Source: a virus. From it: a DNA stretch of 64,000 nt. The notes beneath the pieces are model-generated. The model did not search any database. It saw nothing but the letters and a program-made list of their open reading frames with translations, and was not told the DNA's origin. Every line of letters begins with the position of its first letter. Position 1 is the first letter of the stretch. Below, one piece after another: positions 30,548 through 41,000 of this stretch. The stretch is taken from positions 64,001 to 128,000 of IMG/VR virus record IMGVR_UViG_3300028840_004475; one strand, given 5' to 3'. Both the position numbers and the translations under genes were made by a program.

Positions 30548-30946
30548 TCAGTCTTGCGGACGCGGCTTGGGCTTGCGGGACGGCTTGCGGGACGGCTTGG
30601 GCTCGTCCTGCTCAACCGGTGGCTCGACAACTGGTGGCTTGGGCTTGTCCTGCTCAACCGGCGGCTCGACGGTCGGCGCCGAGGGCTTGGGTGCTGGTGC
30701 CGAAGCCGGCTCATCGCCAGCCTCCATAACCGCTTTGAGTTCCGCGAGCGAACCGCCCTTCAGGATGCAGACTGGAGTCTTCGCGCCGTTGAGCACGAAG
30801 TCGTCACCGTCCTCGAGTGCCTGGACCATCCGTGGATGGATCCTGTCGCCCTCGAACTCCTGCCCCTGCGTACAGGTGACGTAGCCCTTGATGTACCAGC
30901 CGTGGAGATTCACCTTGACGGTGAAATCTGAAAGCTTCTTCGCCAT
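30548..30946 (-). CDS. Hypothetical protein with a Pro/Lys-rich repeat tail
   Basis: VEPPVEQD twice and KPSR repeats; follows the capsid gene. Confidence 0.55.
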   Translation of the reverse strand: MAKKLSDFTVKVNLHGWYIKGYVTCTQGQEFEGDRIHPRMVQALEDGDDFVLNGAKTPVCILKGGSLAELKAVMEAGDEPASAPAPKPSAPTVEPPVEQDKPKPPVVEPPVEQDEPKPSRKPSRKPKPRPQD

Positions 30947-30980
30947 GACTCTCTCTCCTCTCGGGTTTTATAGTTTGATG

Positions 30981-31013
30981 AAGGAAAGCCCTGGGGGCCG
31001 AAGCCCCCAGGGC
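30981..31013 (-). terminator. Rho-independent terminator after the major capsid gene
   Basis: GCCCTGGGGGC-TTCG-GCCCCCAGGGC-TTTCC on the minus strand. Confidence 0.8.
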
Positions 31014-31039
31014 ACCCTTACATCACTGCCAGACGGCCG

Positions 31040-32296
31040 CTAGGTGATGGGCGTCGCCACCACGTTGGTCGTCGTGTGGTACAGAACCGGCAGACCCGAG
31101 ACGCCAGCGATGATCGCGACGTGCGGCGGATCGTCGTCTTCCTTGTTGAGCACCTTGCTGAACAGACCCGGACGCGGAGCCATGATGCCACCCGGCCCGT
31201 AGACGTGCTGGGTGCTGATGAACTCTGCGAACTCGGGGCCACCGGTGGTGCCCTGAGGGATGCTCCCGCGGATGATGAACTTGTTGTCCGGCAGGAACTG
31301 CTTCTTGACCCGCACCTCGGAGCCGACCGGGAAGGTCGCGGTGCTGGTCAGGGCGGTCACCGTCAGCACGTTGCCGACGATGTTGGTGATGTCGGTGCGG
31401 TCGCGTCCGCTGAACTCACCGTTCTTGTGCACGAGCGTGATGAAGTCGCCGATCTCCATGCCGGAGGCGTCGTCGACCGTGATCGACGTGGCACCAGCAG
31501 TGACCTGGTTGAGCGTGCCAGCCACGAGCCAGTAGCCCTTGTCGTAGACGCGGGGTTCGAGGCCGGTGTAGGCGTTGAAGATCATGCGGATGTTGTCGCG
31601 GCTCAGCATGGCCGGGGTGCTCTGCCCGACGAACAGCGAGTCCCTGAGGTCCCGCATGGTGTCGTTCAGGAGGAGCACCTTCTCCATGTGACCGTTGTAG
31701 ATCATGTAGGCCGGGTCCGGGCCCTCGTCACGGTACATCTCGAGCCAGTCGAGGATGTCGCTCAGGGGGTCGGTCGAGGCCTGGTCCCACCGGTTGACGC
31801 CGGTGAGGGTCGGCGTGAAGCGCGCCGGGATGTGGTAGTCGATGGTGTACTGGATGTCCTTCTGGTTGATCGCCAGAGAACCCATGACCATCTGCCACTT
31901 CGACCACTCCAGCCGGTTCTCAATGCGCATGCGGAGCTGACCGACGATGTCGTTCACGATCCGCTGTGCGTTCTCGAACTCGCCGATGGTGCCGATGCGG
32001 CGCAGCGCGACAGTGTCCTTCTCGCTGAGAAGAACCTTCTCACGCCAGTGCGCCGGCTCGAACACCCACTGGTGCAGTCCGCGCTTCTCGATGATGGGCG
32101 ACTCGGCGCCCTCTGCGGCGGCCATGGTCATGCCGCCCATGCGTTGACGGACGTCCACCCTGACCTCGCGACCTTCCTGTGTCCTGAAAGGCACTTCGCT
32201 GGTCAGGTAAAAGGACTCCTGATCCGGGGTGATGTTGTCCAGAACCTTGCTGATGTACTTGGCCTGGAGCAACGGGTGGTTCGAAAGACCGTCCAT
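31040..32296 (-). CDS. Major capsid protein (lambda gpE-like, HK97 fold)
   Basis: RIENRLEW...IDY.IP and W.....DPLSDI..W motifs; follows scaffold and decoration genes; highly biased codons. Confidence 0.88.
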   Translation of the reverse strand: MDGLSNHPLLQAKYISKVLDNITPDQESFYLTSEVPFRTQEGREVRVDVRQRMGGMTMAAAEGAESPIIEKRGLHQWVFEPAHWREKVLLSEKDTVALRRIGTIGEFENAQRIVNDIVGQLRMRIENRLEWSKWQMVMGSLAINQKDIQYTIDYHIPARFTPTLTGVNRWDQASTDPLSDILDWLEMYRDEGPDPAYMIYNGHMEKVLLLNDTMRDLRDSLFVGQSTPAMLSRDNIRMIFNAYTGLEPRVYDKGYWLVAGTLNQVTAGATSITVDDASGMEIGDFITLVHKNGEFSGRDRTDITNIVGNVLTVTALTSTATFPVGSEVRVKKQFLPDNKFIIRGSIPQGTTGGPEFAEFISTQHVYGPGGIMAPRPGLFSKVLNKEDDDPPHVAIIAGVSGLPVLYHTTTNVVATPIT

Positions 32297-32367
32297 TTCT
32301 TGACTCCTTCTTGATGGTGACTACGGAGCCACCAACTCGTTCATCGCGCGCCTTTTGCTCCAGGCTA

Positions 32368-32769
32368 CTATGGCGCGTTCTCCAGGATGCGAATGCGCTG
32401 GCAGTTCGCCGCCGTGAAGTGCGTCAGCGTCGTGCCGCTGTCATCGAACAGCACACCTTCCTTGAAGGTGCCCACGAAGTAGGCCTTGGCGACCTGGTTG
32501 CCGTCGTCGATGCCGAAGATGTTCTCGGCGAGGACCACGACTTCTGCGGAACCGGCCGCACCTGCGTCCAGCTCCGTGTAGCGTCCGCCGACACCGGCAT
32601 CGGGAACCAGCATGAGGCCCCGGCGCAGGTCGGTCGTGGCGCCTGTGTGGGTTGTGTCAACGCACGACGAATCGATGGTGATTGCGTGCTCTTCGAACTG
32701 ATCGGATGCGAGGATCTCGTGGACGAAGCCAGTGCCTTCCTCGTCGACCTTGTAACCGTACAGAGCCAT
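32368..32769 (-). CDS. Head decoration protein
   Basis: 133 aa between scaffold and capsid; ITID...LRRG.....GRY pattern. Confidence 0.7.
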   Translation of the reverse strand: MALYGYKVDEEGTGFVHEILASDQFEEHAITIDSSCVDTTHTGATTDLRRGLMLVPDAGVGGRYTELDAGAAGSAEVVVLAENIFGIDDGNQVAKAYFVGTFKEGVLFDDSGTTLTHFTAANCQRIRILENAP

Positions 32770-32838
32770 CCTTGTCCTCCTCTCGGTCGTTCTTTCAGCT
32801 CAGGCCCGGAGGCCCACTCTGTCTGTCGACCGTGGCTC

Positions 32839-34785
32839 CTACTGCTTGGTGTTGTAGCCGGCGCGCTTGGTGGCGTCGTTCACGGCCTCGTCCGACATGA
32901 AGTCGACCTCGGTACCGTCGTCCAGCTTCACCTTGCCGTTGTCGCCGTCCTTCTTGTCGTTGTCCGGCGGTGTGTCGTTACCCTCGCCGATCAGCTCCTC
33001 GCTGAGGTTGACGCGGGCGTCCTCGGGCATGCTGTCGAAGATGCGCTTGACAGCGTCCATCAGGCTGATGGAGACGTCCTTGTCATCCTCGGACAGGGTG
33101 ATGGTGGTCCCGGTCTCGACGTCGGCCAGGAGGATCTTCTTCGCCTCCTCGACCACGGCCGGGTAGTGCTTATCGGCGACCAGCTTGTCGCAGAAGATCT
33201 GGACGTCCTGCACCTTCTTCTGGGTGCGGATCTCGGCCAGCTCCTTGGTCGCGGCCTCGGCCTGCTCGGCCAGGTTCTTGGCCCGCTCCTCGTTCTCCTG
33301 CGCCTTCTGCTCCTGCGCAGCGATGCGGTCCTCGAACTTCTTCTCGATCTCGCTGGTGCGCTCGTCGATGGCGGCCTGCATGGCCTCCTGCGCCTTCTCC
33401 AGCGTCGAAAGCTGCTCGCTGAGCATCTTCGACTGCTCGGAGTCGGCACCGATCTCGCTCAGCTGCTTGCGCAGATCTGCGATCTGGGCTTCGATGTCCA
33501 TGTTGTTGACTCCTTGTTCGTCAGCGGCCACACGGTCACGCCGGCTCTCCAATAGAGCACGCGCGTGGGCCTCGAGATGTCGTCTTGCCCCCGCCAGTTC
33601 CTCTTGAGAGAAGCCCTCCACTTGATCCGCACGCGCCAGGGCGTTCCGAAGGCGACCCAGATCTATTGAGTCGTTCTCGGTGGCACTTTTCACTTGCGGG
33701 CCATGGTGAGGCAACGACCGCTTGGCGGCGTCACCATCTGCGTTCTTCTTCACGAGAGCGAACGCGGCGTCGGGCAACTGGCTGTCGGGTGGTCTCTTCT
33801 GCTCCGCTTGGGCGAAGCTTTTATCTTCTGTTTTTATAACGTCAAGCTCCCTGATCAGCTCTGACAACTCTGAGTCCTGAGTGTGTTCCTCCTCCGTTGC
33901 TGGTGTTTCTGGTTCGTCAACGTCGGCTTCGATGGCGGGCTTTCCATCTTGGTCGGCGTTTGCAACTTCATCCTCGCTCATCAGAATGCTCTGCATCCCT
34001 GGGATGAACGGACGATTCGTCATGCCACCACCCATCACGGTGGGGCCGTAGGGCTGGTTGGTCTCTTTGTCGCGGAAGTTGTCCCGCACCTCGACGGAAA
34101 AGTACTTGAAGCGCTTGCCTTCCACCAGCTTGCGCCCCCAGTCTGTCAGCTCGACATCGCCGGTGAGAACAGGACGTCTCTTGCCGTCACGGAACTTGCG
34201 ACTCGCCAGTCCCAGACGCTTCACCCAGGCAGTGGCACCCTCCTGAGGGGCATGCACTGAGTCGAAGGACAGCTCGCGCTCGATGACGTTGTTGATGAAG
34301 TTCTCGATGGCCTGTGTGAAGTACTTGCGGTCGAACTTGATGTCGCCGTACCGCGGATGCCTGAAGTTGCCAGCACGCAGCATCTCGATCGGAACCAGCT
34401 GCTCGGTGTACTCCTCGTCTTCTTCCTTCTTGTTGTGATGGGCCAGCTTGATCTTGCAGGGGCGGCTGAAGGAACCGTCTTCCGCTTCCTCGTCCTTGAA
34501 AAAGAGGCTGTAGGCGGCGTCTTCGTCCAGCTCGACAACATCGTCGTCGAACTGCATGCCGTCGACTTCCTGCAGCCTGATGAAGCCGGCATCGTCCAGG
34601 AAGGTGTCAATGTCATCGGGAAGCGAGGTGATGGTACCGAGGAAGTCGACCTCGCTATCGCCCATCTTCTGCGCTGCCTGGCAGATGGCGTAGGCAGAAC
34701 TCTTGCGCTCCTTGGGATCTTGCCCTGGCCTGAAGGACTTCCTGGCCAACAAGGCCTCAACGCATCTCTCGACTTTCGGTGGCAT
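32839..34785 (-). CDS. Prohead protease/scaffold (Mu gpI-like)
   Basis: G.F.HPRYG, D..H....A.AW, FKYFSVE, GGGMTNRPF motifs; C-terminal coiled coil. Confidence 0.85.
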   Translation of the reverse strand: MPPKVERCVEALLARKSFRPGQDPKERKSSAYAICQAAQKMGDSEVDFLGTITSLPDDIDTFLDDAGFIRLQEVDGMQFDDDVVELDEDAAYSLFFKDEEAEDGSFSRPCKIKLAHHNKKEEDEEYTEQLVPIEMLRAGNFRHPRYGDIKFDRKYFTQAIENFINNVIERELSFDSVHAPQEGATAWVKRLGLASRKFRDGKRRPVLTGDVELTDWGRKLVEGKRFKYFSVEVRDNFRDKETNQPYGPTVMGGGMTNRPFIPGMQSILMSEDEVANADQDGKPAIEADVDEPETPATEEEHTQDSELSELIRELDVIKTEDKSFAQAEQKRPPDSQLPDAAFALVKKNADGDAAKRSLPHHGPQVKSATENDSIDLGRLRNALARADQVEGFSQEELAGARRHLEAHARALLESRRDRVAADEQGVNNMDIEAQIADLRKQLSEIGADSEQSKMLSEQLSTLEKAQEAMQAAIDERTSEIEKKFEDRIAAQEQKAQENEERAKNLAEQAEAATKELAEIRTQKKVQDVQIFCDKLVADKHYPAVVEEAKKILLADVETGTTITLSEDDKDVSISLMDAVKRIFDSMPEDARVNLSEELIGEGNDTPPDNDKKDGDNGKVKLDDGTEVDFMSDEAVNDATKRAGYNTKQ

Positions 34786-34793
34786 TTCTGCTC

Positions 34794-36467
34794 CTAGCGC
34801 TGGCGCTGACGACGGTCGCGCCTGGTCTCTTCTTTCCTGCGCGGTGAGTCTGCGTTGCGGTCTGTAACCTTGTCTTCACGCTCGTCATCGGTGTCGTCCG
34901 TTGCCTCATTGTCATCAGTAGGCGACGAATTTCCACCGTCGTTCCCGTCGTTTGTACCAGAATTAGCCGCGTTGGTCAAAATAGGCAAGAAGATTTTCTC
35001 GTACTCATCTCCAGGGATCTCGAGCAGCTCGGCCAGGTGCTTGATGGACGGCACCCAGTTGGGCGGCTGGCCCTCACGGACGTTCGTGCTCGAGAACATG
35101 AGCATCCTGATGAAGACGTCCTTCAACAGCGTGCGCTTGCTGAAGTTGAGGCGCTCGATTTTGATCCGACAGGGAACCTGCTGGCTTTTCGGGAAGTTGA
35201 AGGTGACCAGATCCTTGATCAGACTCTCGTTCAGGTTGTCTTCAATCATCTGAATGAGTGCTTCCTCATTCAGAAGGTGAACGTCGAAGTGCGACTCCGC
35301 GGTCGCGTTGGTGGTGGAACCCTCGGCGATGCCGGTCTTGTCCGGCAGGTAGAGGGCCCTGGCCTTCATAGTGTTCAGGAACTGCAGCACGGACACGAAC
35401 ATTTCACCGCGCTGGCTGTCCTCGAGGATGTTGATATCCCACAGCTCTTTGCCTGAGGCCTTGTCGTACTGGCTGGGGATGACGACGTTGGAGTTGGACA
35501 GCAGCTGCTCCGTGCAGGAGAGCATGTAGTCCATGTTGTCGATCTTGGTCTCACCATCCGTCTTGACGGCCTGACCGAACGGGGCCTTCCCGACAGTGGC
35601 CGGCGCGCCCTTGCGCTCGAGGTAGCGTAGCAGGAACTGGATGATGATCTGGCTCCAGTACCACGGCTGATAGGCCGCTTTGTACCTGGAATTGCCGAAG
35701 AAATTGCCGAACTCTGCCTCTGGTGCGAACCAGATGCACTTCTTGAATCTGACCGGGCGCCTGGGCGTACGAGTGGTGTTGATGTACTCGTCCGTCTGCT
35801 TGACGAACTTGATCAGCTCGCTCTTCGGGTCGCGAACGATCACGATGGAGGATGGGTGAGGGAACTTGACCCTCGACACCACGTAGGCCTCACGATCGAA
35901 GACGACTCGACGCTTGCCACCTTCCTCGGTCTTGTCGATGCGCAGGTGCTGCAGCTCGTAGACCTTCTCGCCGACGGAGAAGCCATACTGGATCGCGCGC
36001 AGCATGCCCTTCACAGTGGGCCGGTAGATCTTGTTGATGGCCTCTTGGACGAAGGCGCCGATGGTCTCATCGGAGCAATCGATCCTGTAGTTCTGGGCCA
36101 GGATCTCCAGCTCGATGAAGGCAGTCGCCAGGGCGATCTGCGGATCAAGACGCATCTTCTCGTAGATGTGGAACGGAATGTGGTCCGGGTTGTACTCTTC
36201 TAGACCAGCTAAGCTCTGGGAAATCTGCATCAAATTCGGGTTGTCATACCCGAGCGATGCCTTTCCGAGCTTGCGAGGACCGACCATGGCATCGACGAAG
36301 ACGCGGGCGGCCATCTTGTACTCAGAGCGCGGCATCCCACGCTCGAACATGTCCAGGACGCCTCTTGCCACCGGGGGAAGCTCGGCTAGCTCCTCAGACC
36401 TCGGCATTGGAATCCGATGCACCGCAGCTTGCTGTTGCATCCTGTTCTCCCGGGCTAGCCGTACCAC
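34794..36467 (-). CDS. Portal protein (DUF935/Mu gp29-like); exact start uncertain
   Basis: YEKMRLDPQI, AIQYGFSVGE.VY, FG.S..KAAY.PW, ERKG.P motifs. Confidence 0.88.
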   Translation of the reverse strand: MVRLARENRMQQQAAVHRIPMPRSEELAELPPVARGVLDMFERGMPRSEYKMAARVFVDAMVGPRKLGKASLGYDNPNLMQISQSLAGLEEYNPDHIPFHIYEKMRLDPQIALATAFIELEILAQNYRIDCSDETIGAFVQEAINKIYRPTVKGMLRAIQYGFSVGEKVYELQHLRIDKTEEGGKRRVVFDREAYVVSRVKFPHPSSIVIVRDPKSELIKFVKQTDEYINTTRTPRRPVRFKKCIWFAPEAEFGNFFGNSRYKAAYQPWYWSQIIIQFLLRYLERKGAPATVGKAPFGQAVKTDGETKIDNMDYMLSCTEQLLSNSNVVIPSQYDKASGKELWDINILEDSQRGEMFVSVLQFLNTMKARALYLPDKTGIAEGSTTNATAESHFDVHLLNEEALIQMIEDNLNESLIKDLVTFNFPKSQQVPCRIKIERLNFSKRTLLKDVFIRMLMFSSTNVREGQPPNWVPSIKHLAELLEIPGDEYEKIFLPILTNAANSGTNDGNDGGNSSPTDDNEATDDTDDEREDKVTDRNADSPRRKEETRRDRRQRQR

Positions 36468-38425
36468 TTGCTGTCGAAGAATACGTTACTCATCGCATTT
36501 TTGGCAACTTTGTTGGCAAATAACTTGCCTACTTTGCGTGGCGTGGCGATTGTAGGCACATACGGCGTGGACTTGACTGCCTTCTGGGCGTCGATCACAC
36601 GACGTATATCTTTGGAATCAGTGAAAATTCTTTGGCCAGCAGCTCGCACGATCGATGCAGCAAGCGCCGTGCGATCGTACTGATCTCCGCAGCTCACGGC
36701 GAGGGCCTTTGCCCAGAACTTGTCGCCGTGGTGCTTCTTGGTACCTATCGACTGGAACCTGACCTGCGAGCCCTCGGTCACAGAGCGCTGAATGCTGTGG
36801 ATCTGCTTGACCGATTCGGCGTCGTTCAGGATGGCGACGGTCCTGTCCTCGAGCCTCATCCTGAAGGTCTGTGCCAGCTCTTTCTTGTTCTCGATGTTGA
36901 AGTCGATCTCTTCAACGATGCTCGGGTCGTAGGCCTTCAAGTTCTCGGCGATGTTCATGCCGATACCGGTCGAGTCGACCCTGATCTTCTTGGGATGCAG
37001 TCTGTCGATCAAGTACTTGAGAACGGCTTCCTGCGTCTTGAACTTGATCGCATGCAGCTCAATCGACAGACGCTCAACAAGCAAGTTGATGCCGCGGATC
37101 TCAATCTGCTCGAAGATGGAGATCTCTGTGGAGTCACGAACACGGCCGATATCGACACCGACCACCAGTTGACGACCGAAACCGCCGGCAGCCATGGCCA
37201 CGTAGAGACCATCGATCATGTCGATGGCTGCAGCGTGAGCCTCATCATCACTGTGGCTCTCACTCGAGATCCTTTTCGGCCTGCAGTACCAGACGATCTT
37301 TTCTGACTCGTAGAACCTCATGATCGTTTCTGAACGAACCATGTGGCCGCTGTCGTCTTCGACGTCCTCCCAGGATGGAACGATCTCTTCTGGATCGATG
37401 TTGTCCTCGAGGAGGTGCATCGACTCGTCTTCGAAGACACAGCTGCGGATGAGGCTCAACGGGTAGTAGGAAACGCTCTCGTCTGCGTAGTAAAGTTCGT
37501 ACTCCTGGCGGAACAGGTCGAAGTCCATGGCACCGAAGATCAATTCCAGCTTGTCGGTGCCGAACTTCTTGATCCGCTCCTCTGTCTCCATTTCTGGAGC
37601 CAACTTCCTCGCAAGCTCGATGTTGTTGCAGAGGGCAGGGCAGTCCCACCAGAAGATCTGCATGCGGGAGAACATCCAGTACTTGGTGCGGTTGACACCA
37701 ATGTCGTAGTGCATGCTCCCCTTGCCAAGGGGCGTTGACGCGACCGTCAGGACACCACTGCCTCGAGTCAGGACAGGAACCGCGGCCGTGTAGATGGCCT
37801 CGGGCCACGTCATGTGGGCGAACTCGTCGAGGTAGATGTCGGTGTTGTAGCCCTTACCACGAGGCTGTCTCTGCGCGAAGCTCAGGATACGAGAGAGCTT
37901 ACCGTTGTGCTCGAACTCGAGTGACTGCTTGTTGTCAACGATGAGCTTCTTCTGGAACTCGGTCGGCATCGAGTCATAGAGAGCCCGCGCGAAGCGGATC
38001 TTCTCCATGGCCTCTTCGTGATTGTACGAGATGAAGATGGATGTCTGGACCGGTTTCAGATGTGTCTTGCTCAGGGACTCCAAGGCGAAGGTGTAGCTGA
38101 TTCCGATCTGCCGTGCCTTGTCCCTGTGGCGCATCATGGCGTGATCGAGCATGTGCGCGATCTGGTAGTCGTAGATGATGGTGGGCTTGCCGTCGATGTC
38201 GTTGGTGACACCCTGGATGAAACCAGGGATCGTCGATGCCCACTTCTTCATGTCCTCGAGGTCAGGCTCCCTCTTGACGATGATGCGCGTGTTGGGCGGA
38301 CGCGTCCCAAGAGGCTTGGGGTACCTCTTCATCGGCTCGTTATTGGGAGCCCCTTCGTAGGGCCCCTTCTCACTGACAGCCGTTTCGGCCTGGGCGACCT
38401 CCCCGGCGGCTGTCGATATGAACAT
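36455..38425 (-). CDS. terL: Terminase large subunit
   Basis: Walker A KARQIGIS, Walker B IYLDEFAH, ASTP.G, nuclease GVDIGR..D, DSTGIG, HGD.FWA.ALA. Confidence 0.95.
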   Translation of the reverse strand: MFISTAAGEVAQAETAVSEKGPYEGAPNNEPMKRYPKPLGTRPPNTRIIVKREPDLEDMKKWASTIPGFIQGVTNDIDGKPTIIYDYQIAHMLDHAMMRHRDKARQIGISYTFALESLSKTHLKPVQTSIFISYNHEEAMEKIRFARALYDSMPTEFQKKLIVDNKQSLEFEHNGKLSRILSFAQRQPRGKGYNTDIYLDEFAHMTWPEAIYTAAVPVLTRGSGVLTVASTPLGKGSMHYDIGVNRTKYWMFSRMQIFWWDCPALCNNIELARKLAPEMETEERIKKFGTDKLELIFGAMDFDLFRQEYELYYADESVSYYPLSLIRSCVFEDESMHLLEDNIDPEEIVPSWEDVEDDSGHMVRSETIMRFYESEKIVWYCRPKRISSESHSDDEAHAAAIDMIDGLYVAMAAGGFGRQLVVGVDIGRVRDSTEISIFEQIEIRGINLLVERLSIELHAIKFKTQEAVLKYLIDRLHPKKIRVDSTGIGMNIAENLKAYDPSIVEEIDFNIENKKELAQTFRMRLEDRTVAILNDAESVKQIHSIQRSVTEGSQVRFQSIGTKKHHGDKFWAKALAVSCGDQYDRTALAASIVRAAGQRIFTDSKDIRRVIDAQKAVKSTPYVPTIATPRKVGKLFANKVAKNAMSNVFFDSKWYG

Positions 38426-38440
38426 GGTGGGTAGGGCCCG

Positions 38441-38761
38441 TTAGCGGGAGGTGAAGTACTTGCGCGCCCCCGGTTTCTTCTGACCCACGATGCTCTGGTG
38501 CTTTCGGTTCATGACCGGATTGCGCCGCAGTTCGGAGCCAGCCGACACACCCTTGGACACCGTGGGCTCGGCTGCCTTCTTGGCCGGTGCCGATTCCACG
38601 ACCGGATCTGGTCGGGATTCCTCGAGAGGTGTCGACTCCTCCTCCATGGTCATGGCCTCGTCCTCGTCCTTCTCCGGCTTGTCGCGAGAGAGGAGCTTTG
38701 AGAACGCGCTCCGAGACTTCTCTTTCTTGGGGGCCGCTTCCTTGCTGGTCTCGTCAGGCAT
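38441..38761 (-). CDS. Hypothetical protein
   Basis: Charged low-complexity ORF between the terminase genes. Confidence 0.5.
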   Translation of the reverse strand: MPDETSKEAAPKKEKSRSAFSKLLSRDKPEKDEDEAMTMEEESTPLEESRPDPVVESAPAKKAAEPTVSKGVSAGSELRRNPVMNRKHQSIVGQKKPGARKYFTSR

Positions 38762-39260
38762 TTGCCTTCTCCTTCTTGATGGGTGCCTCGATGAGCTTCA
38801 GTTCTGGTCTGCCTTCGACTTCTTCTTTGGCTGGACCTGCTTCCTGCAACTGCGCGAAGCGTCCCATGAGGTCGTCTAGGACGTGCTTGTGTTCGGTCCT
38901 GTCAGTGGCTTGGCCATCATCCAGGCGGTTCTCGAAGTTCACATCGCGGACTGTACGTAGTAGGGCACCCAAGGACATATTCTCAACGTCCTTGCCGGCC
39001 ACGAGACGCTTGAAGATCTCGTCGTACATGGTCTTGGCGATGAGCTTGTTGGCAAACTGTCGGTGCTTTTTGGCATCTTGGTCCTCGAGTCGCTCGTAGA
39101 CCTCCTCGACCAATGCCCGGAATTTCGGGTGCTTCAACCACCGTTTGATGGTTCGCACACTGACGCCTACATGCTTCGCAACGACAGCTTCATCCATCTG
39201 GCACGCAACCAGTAGGTAGATTGCTTTCCGCTGCTGCAGTTTTAGGTCTGTCTTATGCAT
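38754..39260 (-). CDS. Putative terminase small subunit
   Basis: N-terminal HTH (VAKHVGVSVRTIKRWLKHPKF); upstream of terL. Confidence 0.7.
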   Translation of the reverse strand: MHKTDLKLQQRKAIYLLVACQMDEAVVAKHVGVSVRTIKRWLKHPKFRALVEEVYERLEDQDAKKHRQFANKLIAKTMYDEIFKRLVAGKDVENMSLGALLRTVRDVNFENRLDDGQATDRTEHKHVLDDLMGRFAQLQEAGPAKEEVEGRPELKLIEAPIKKEKANA

Positions 39261-39312
39261 AGCTTGCTAAGATTAGTCTAATTGAAGCACCTAGACAAGG
39301 CAAGTTCTCGCA

Positions 39313-40224
39313 GTGGTACATATGGTTGACAGGGAAACGACCATGCCGACTGAACTGTTGATCGATGCCAACTCTGCCGCGTACCGGATGCTGTTCGCGG
39401 GCGACATCATTGCCGTGCAGCACCGCGGCAACAAGATCCTCACCGGGATACCACATGGGGTCCTGGCGGCCGTCGCTTCGATGCGCAGCAGAAATAGGTT
39501 CGACCGCATCAGCATCTTTTGGGATGGTGGTATCTCAGAGAAGAAGAAGATCTATCCAGAGTACAAAAAGAATAGGAAAAACGAGCACAAGGACTTCACG
39601 CGCGAGGACATCGTCAACTCCACGGGGATGACGATACGGATGGCCAGGTTCGCCGGCATCCCACAGTACAGGGTGAAAGGGCAGGAAGCAGACGACATCA
39701 TCGCCTCGTATGCAGCCGCTTGCGAATTGGACGTCATGATCCTGAGCAGCGATCACGACTTCTTTCAGCTCCTAGGGCCCGGCGTCAAAATGCTCAGACC
39801 AACCAGGAAAGGCCCTGAACTGTGGACGGCAGAGCGTTTCCAGAGCAAGTACGGCTACCACCCGCGCTACTATGCACACTATTTGGCATTGGTAGGCGAC
39901 CCAGGCGATGGCATTCCAGGAGTCAAGGGAATCGGCAAGGTCACGGCCGACGCCATATTCTCCAAGCTGAAGAAACCAACTCTGAAAAAGATCTACAGCC
40001 AGATAGACCGACTCGGTTTGAAACCGAGAGCCGCCAGTAGTCTGCGTAATGGCAGGCCAGACGCAGCTACCTTCCTGAAGATCACGAAGTTGAGGAAAGA
40101 CATAGAACTGCAACCTCTTTTTACGGATGTGAAAGACGAAAAGAAGTTGCTAGCTCTATTCAAGATGTTGAAGATGAGGTCGTTTCAGAGCGACATAGCA
40201 ATGGGTTACTTGTGCAACGGATAG
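39313..40224 (+). CDS. 5'-3' exonuclease (Pol I N-terminal/T4 RNase H family)
   Basis: LIDAN, YPEYK.NR, EADDIIA, SSDHDF.QL, LVGD..DGIPGVKGIG motifs. Confidence 0.93.
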   Translation: MVHMVDRETTMPTELLIDANSAAYRMLFAGDIIAVQHRGNKILTGIPHGVLAAVASMRSRNRFDRISIFWDGGISEKKKIYPEYKKNRKNEHKDFTREDIVNSTGMTIRMARFAGIPQYRVKGQEADDIIASYAAACELDVMILSSDHDFFQLLGPGVKMLRPTRKGPELWTAERFQSKYGYHPRYYAHYLALVGDPGDGIPGVKGIGKVTADAIFSKLKKPTLKKIYSQIDRLGLKPRAASSLRNGRPDAATFLKITKLRKDIELQPLFTDVKDEKKLLALFKMLKMRSFQSDIAMGYLCNG

Positions 40225-40523
40225 CTGTGGCTGCAGTGTTGATCGTTCTATTCGTGTGGAACGTGAAGCAATGCAACAGAATAGAAGCACTCGAAAACAA
40301 GAGCGCCATAGTATGTGCTGACCGTCAGGAAGAAATGCTGACGATGTCAATTCAGATACACAAATTGACCAACAACCAAGAACGCTTTGTGAACAAAATA
40401 GAGTACATGATCGATATGTACTACTCCGTGCAAACGATGCGCGAAGAAATGCTCAAGCTGCACGGGGCCATCATGGAAGCGCAGTACATGTGTGTTGACC
40501 ACACCAAGAGGAGTACACCGTGA
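40212..40523 (+). CDS. Membrane-anchored coiled-coil protein
   Basis: N-terminal hydrophobic segment; coupled to the peptidase gene. Confidence 0.5.
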   Translation: MQRIAVAAVLIVLFVWNVKQCNRIEALENKSAIVCADRQEEMLTMSIQIHKLTNNQERFVNKIEYMIDMYYSVQTMREEMLKLHGAIMEAQYMCVDHTKRSTP

Positions 40524-40999
40524 AGCTGTCGAAGAATTTCTCTCTCCACGAGATGGAGAAGTCAAGCACCGCGCTCAGACTCGGCATCGTCAACGATGTT
40601 CCGAACAAGAAGACCATTGAGAAGCTCAGGTTCCTGTGCATGAACGTGCTGCAGTTGGTACGTGAGCGTTTCAAGAAGCCGGTCAAGGTCAACAGCGGTT
40701 ACAGGTGTCACGCCCTGAACAAAGCCATCGGTGGTAGCCGCACAAGCCAGCACCGAAAAGGCGAGGCCGCCGACATTGAGATCGCTGGCGTCTCCAATCT
40801 GAAGGTGGCTCAGTGGATCCGAAACAACCTGGTGTTCGACCAGCTCATTCTTGAGTATCACATCGACGGCGTACCAGAGAGCGGGTGGGTACATGTGAGC
40901 TACAAGCACGGCAAGAACCGCATGCAAGTGCTCTCCAAGATCAAGGGCGAGAAGGGGTACCGCAAGGGTCTGTGCATGGTTCAGAACGCCGGAGGGTAA
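40520..40999 (+). CDS. Peptidase M15A (endolysin-like)
   Basis: LSKNFSL.E, NSGYRC..LN.AIGG...SQH..G.AAD, WVHVS motifs. Confidence 0.9.
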   Translation: MKLSKNFSLHEMEKSSTALRLGIVNDVPNKKTIEKLRFLCMNVLQLVRERFKKPVKVNSGYRCHALNKAIGGSRTSQHRKGEAADIEIAGVSNLKVAQWIRNNLVFDQLILEYHIDGVPESGWVHVSYKHGKNRMQVLSKIKGEKGYRKGLCMVQNAGG

Positions 41000-41000
41000 A

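Noticed and set aside
15666-33555. Long plus-strand ORFs (e.g. 15666..17750, 25572..27497, 31076..32314)
   Set aside because: Antisense shadows of high-GC3 structural genes.
37190-37440. Intein in the terminase
   Set aside because: The acidic insert between ATPase and nuclease domains lacks the C1/HN-C splice motifs.
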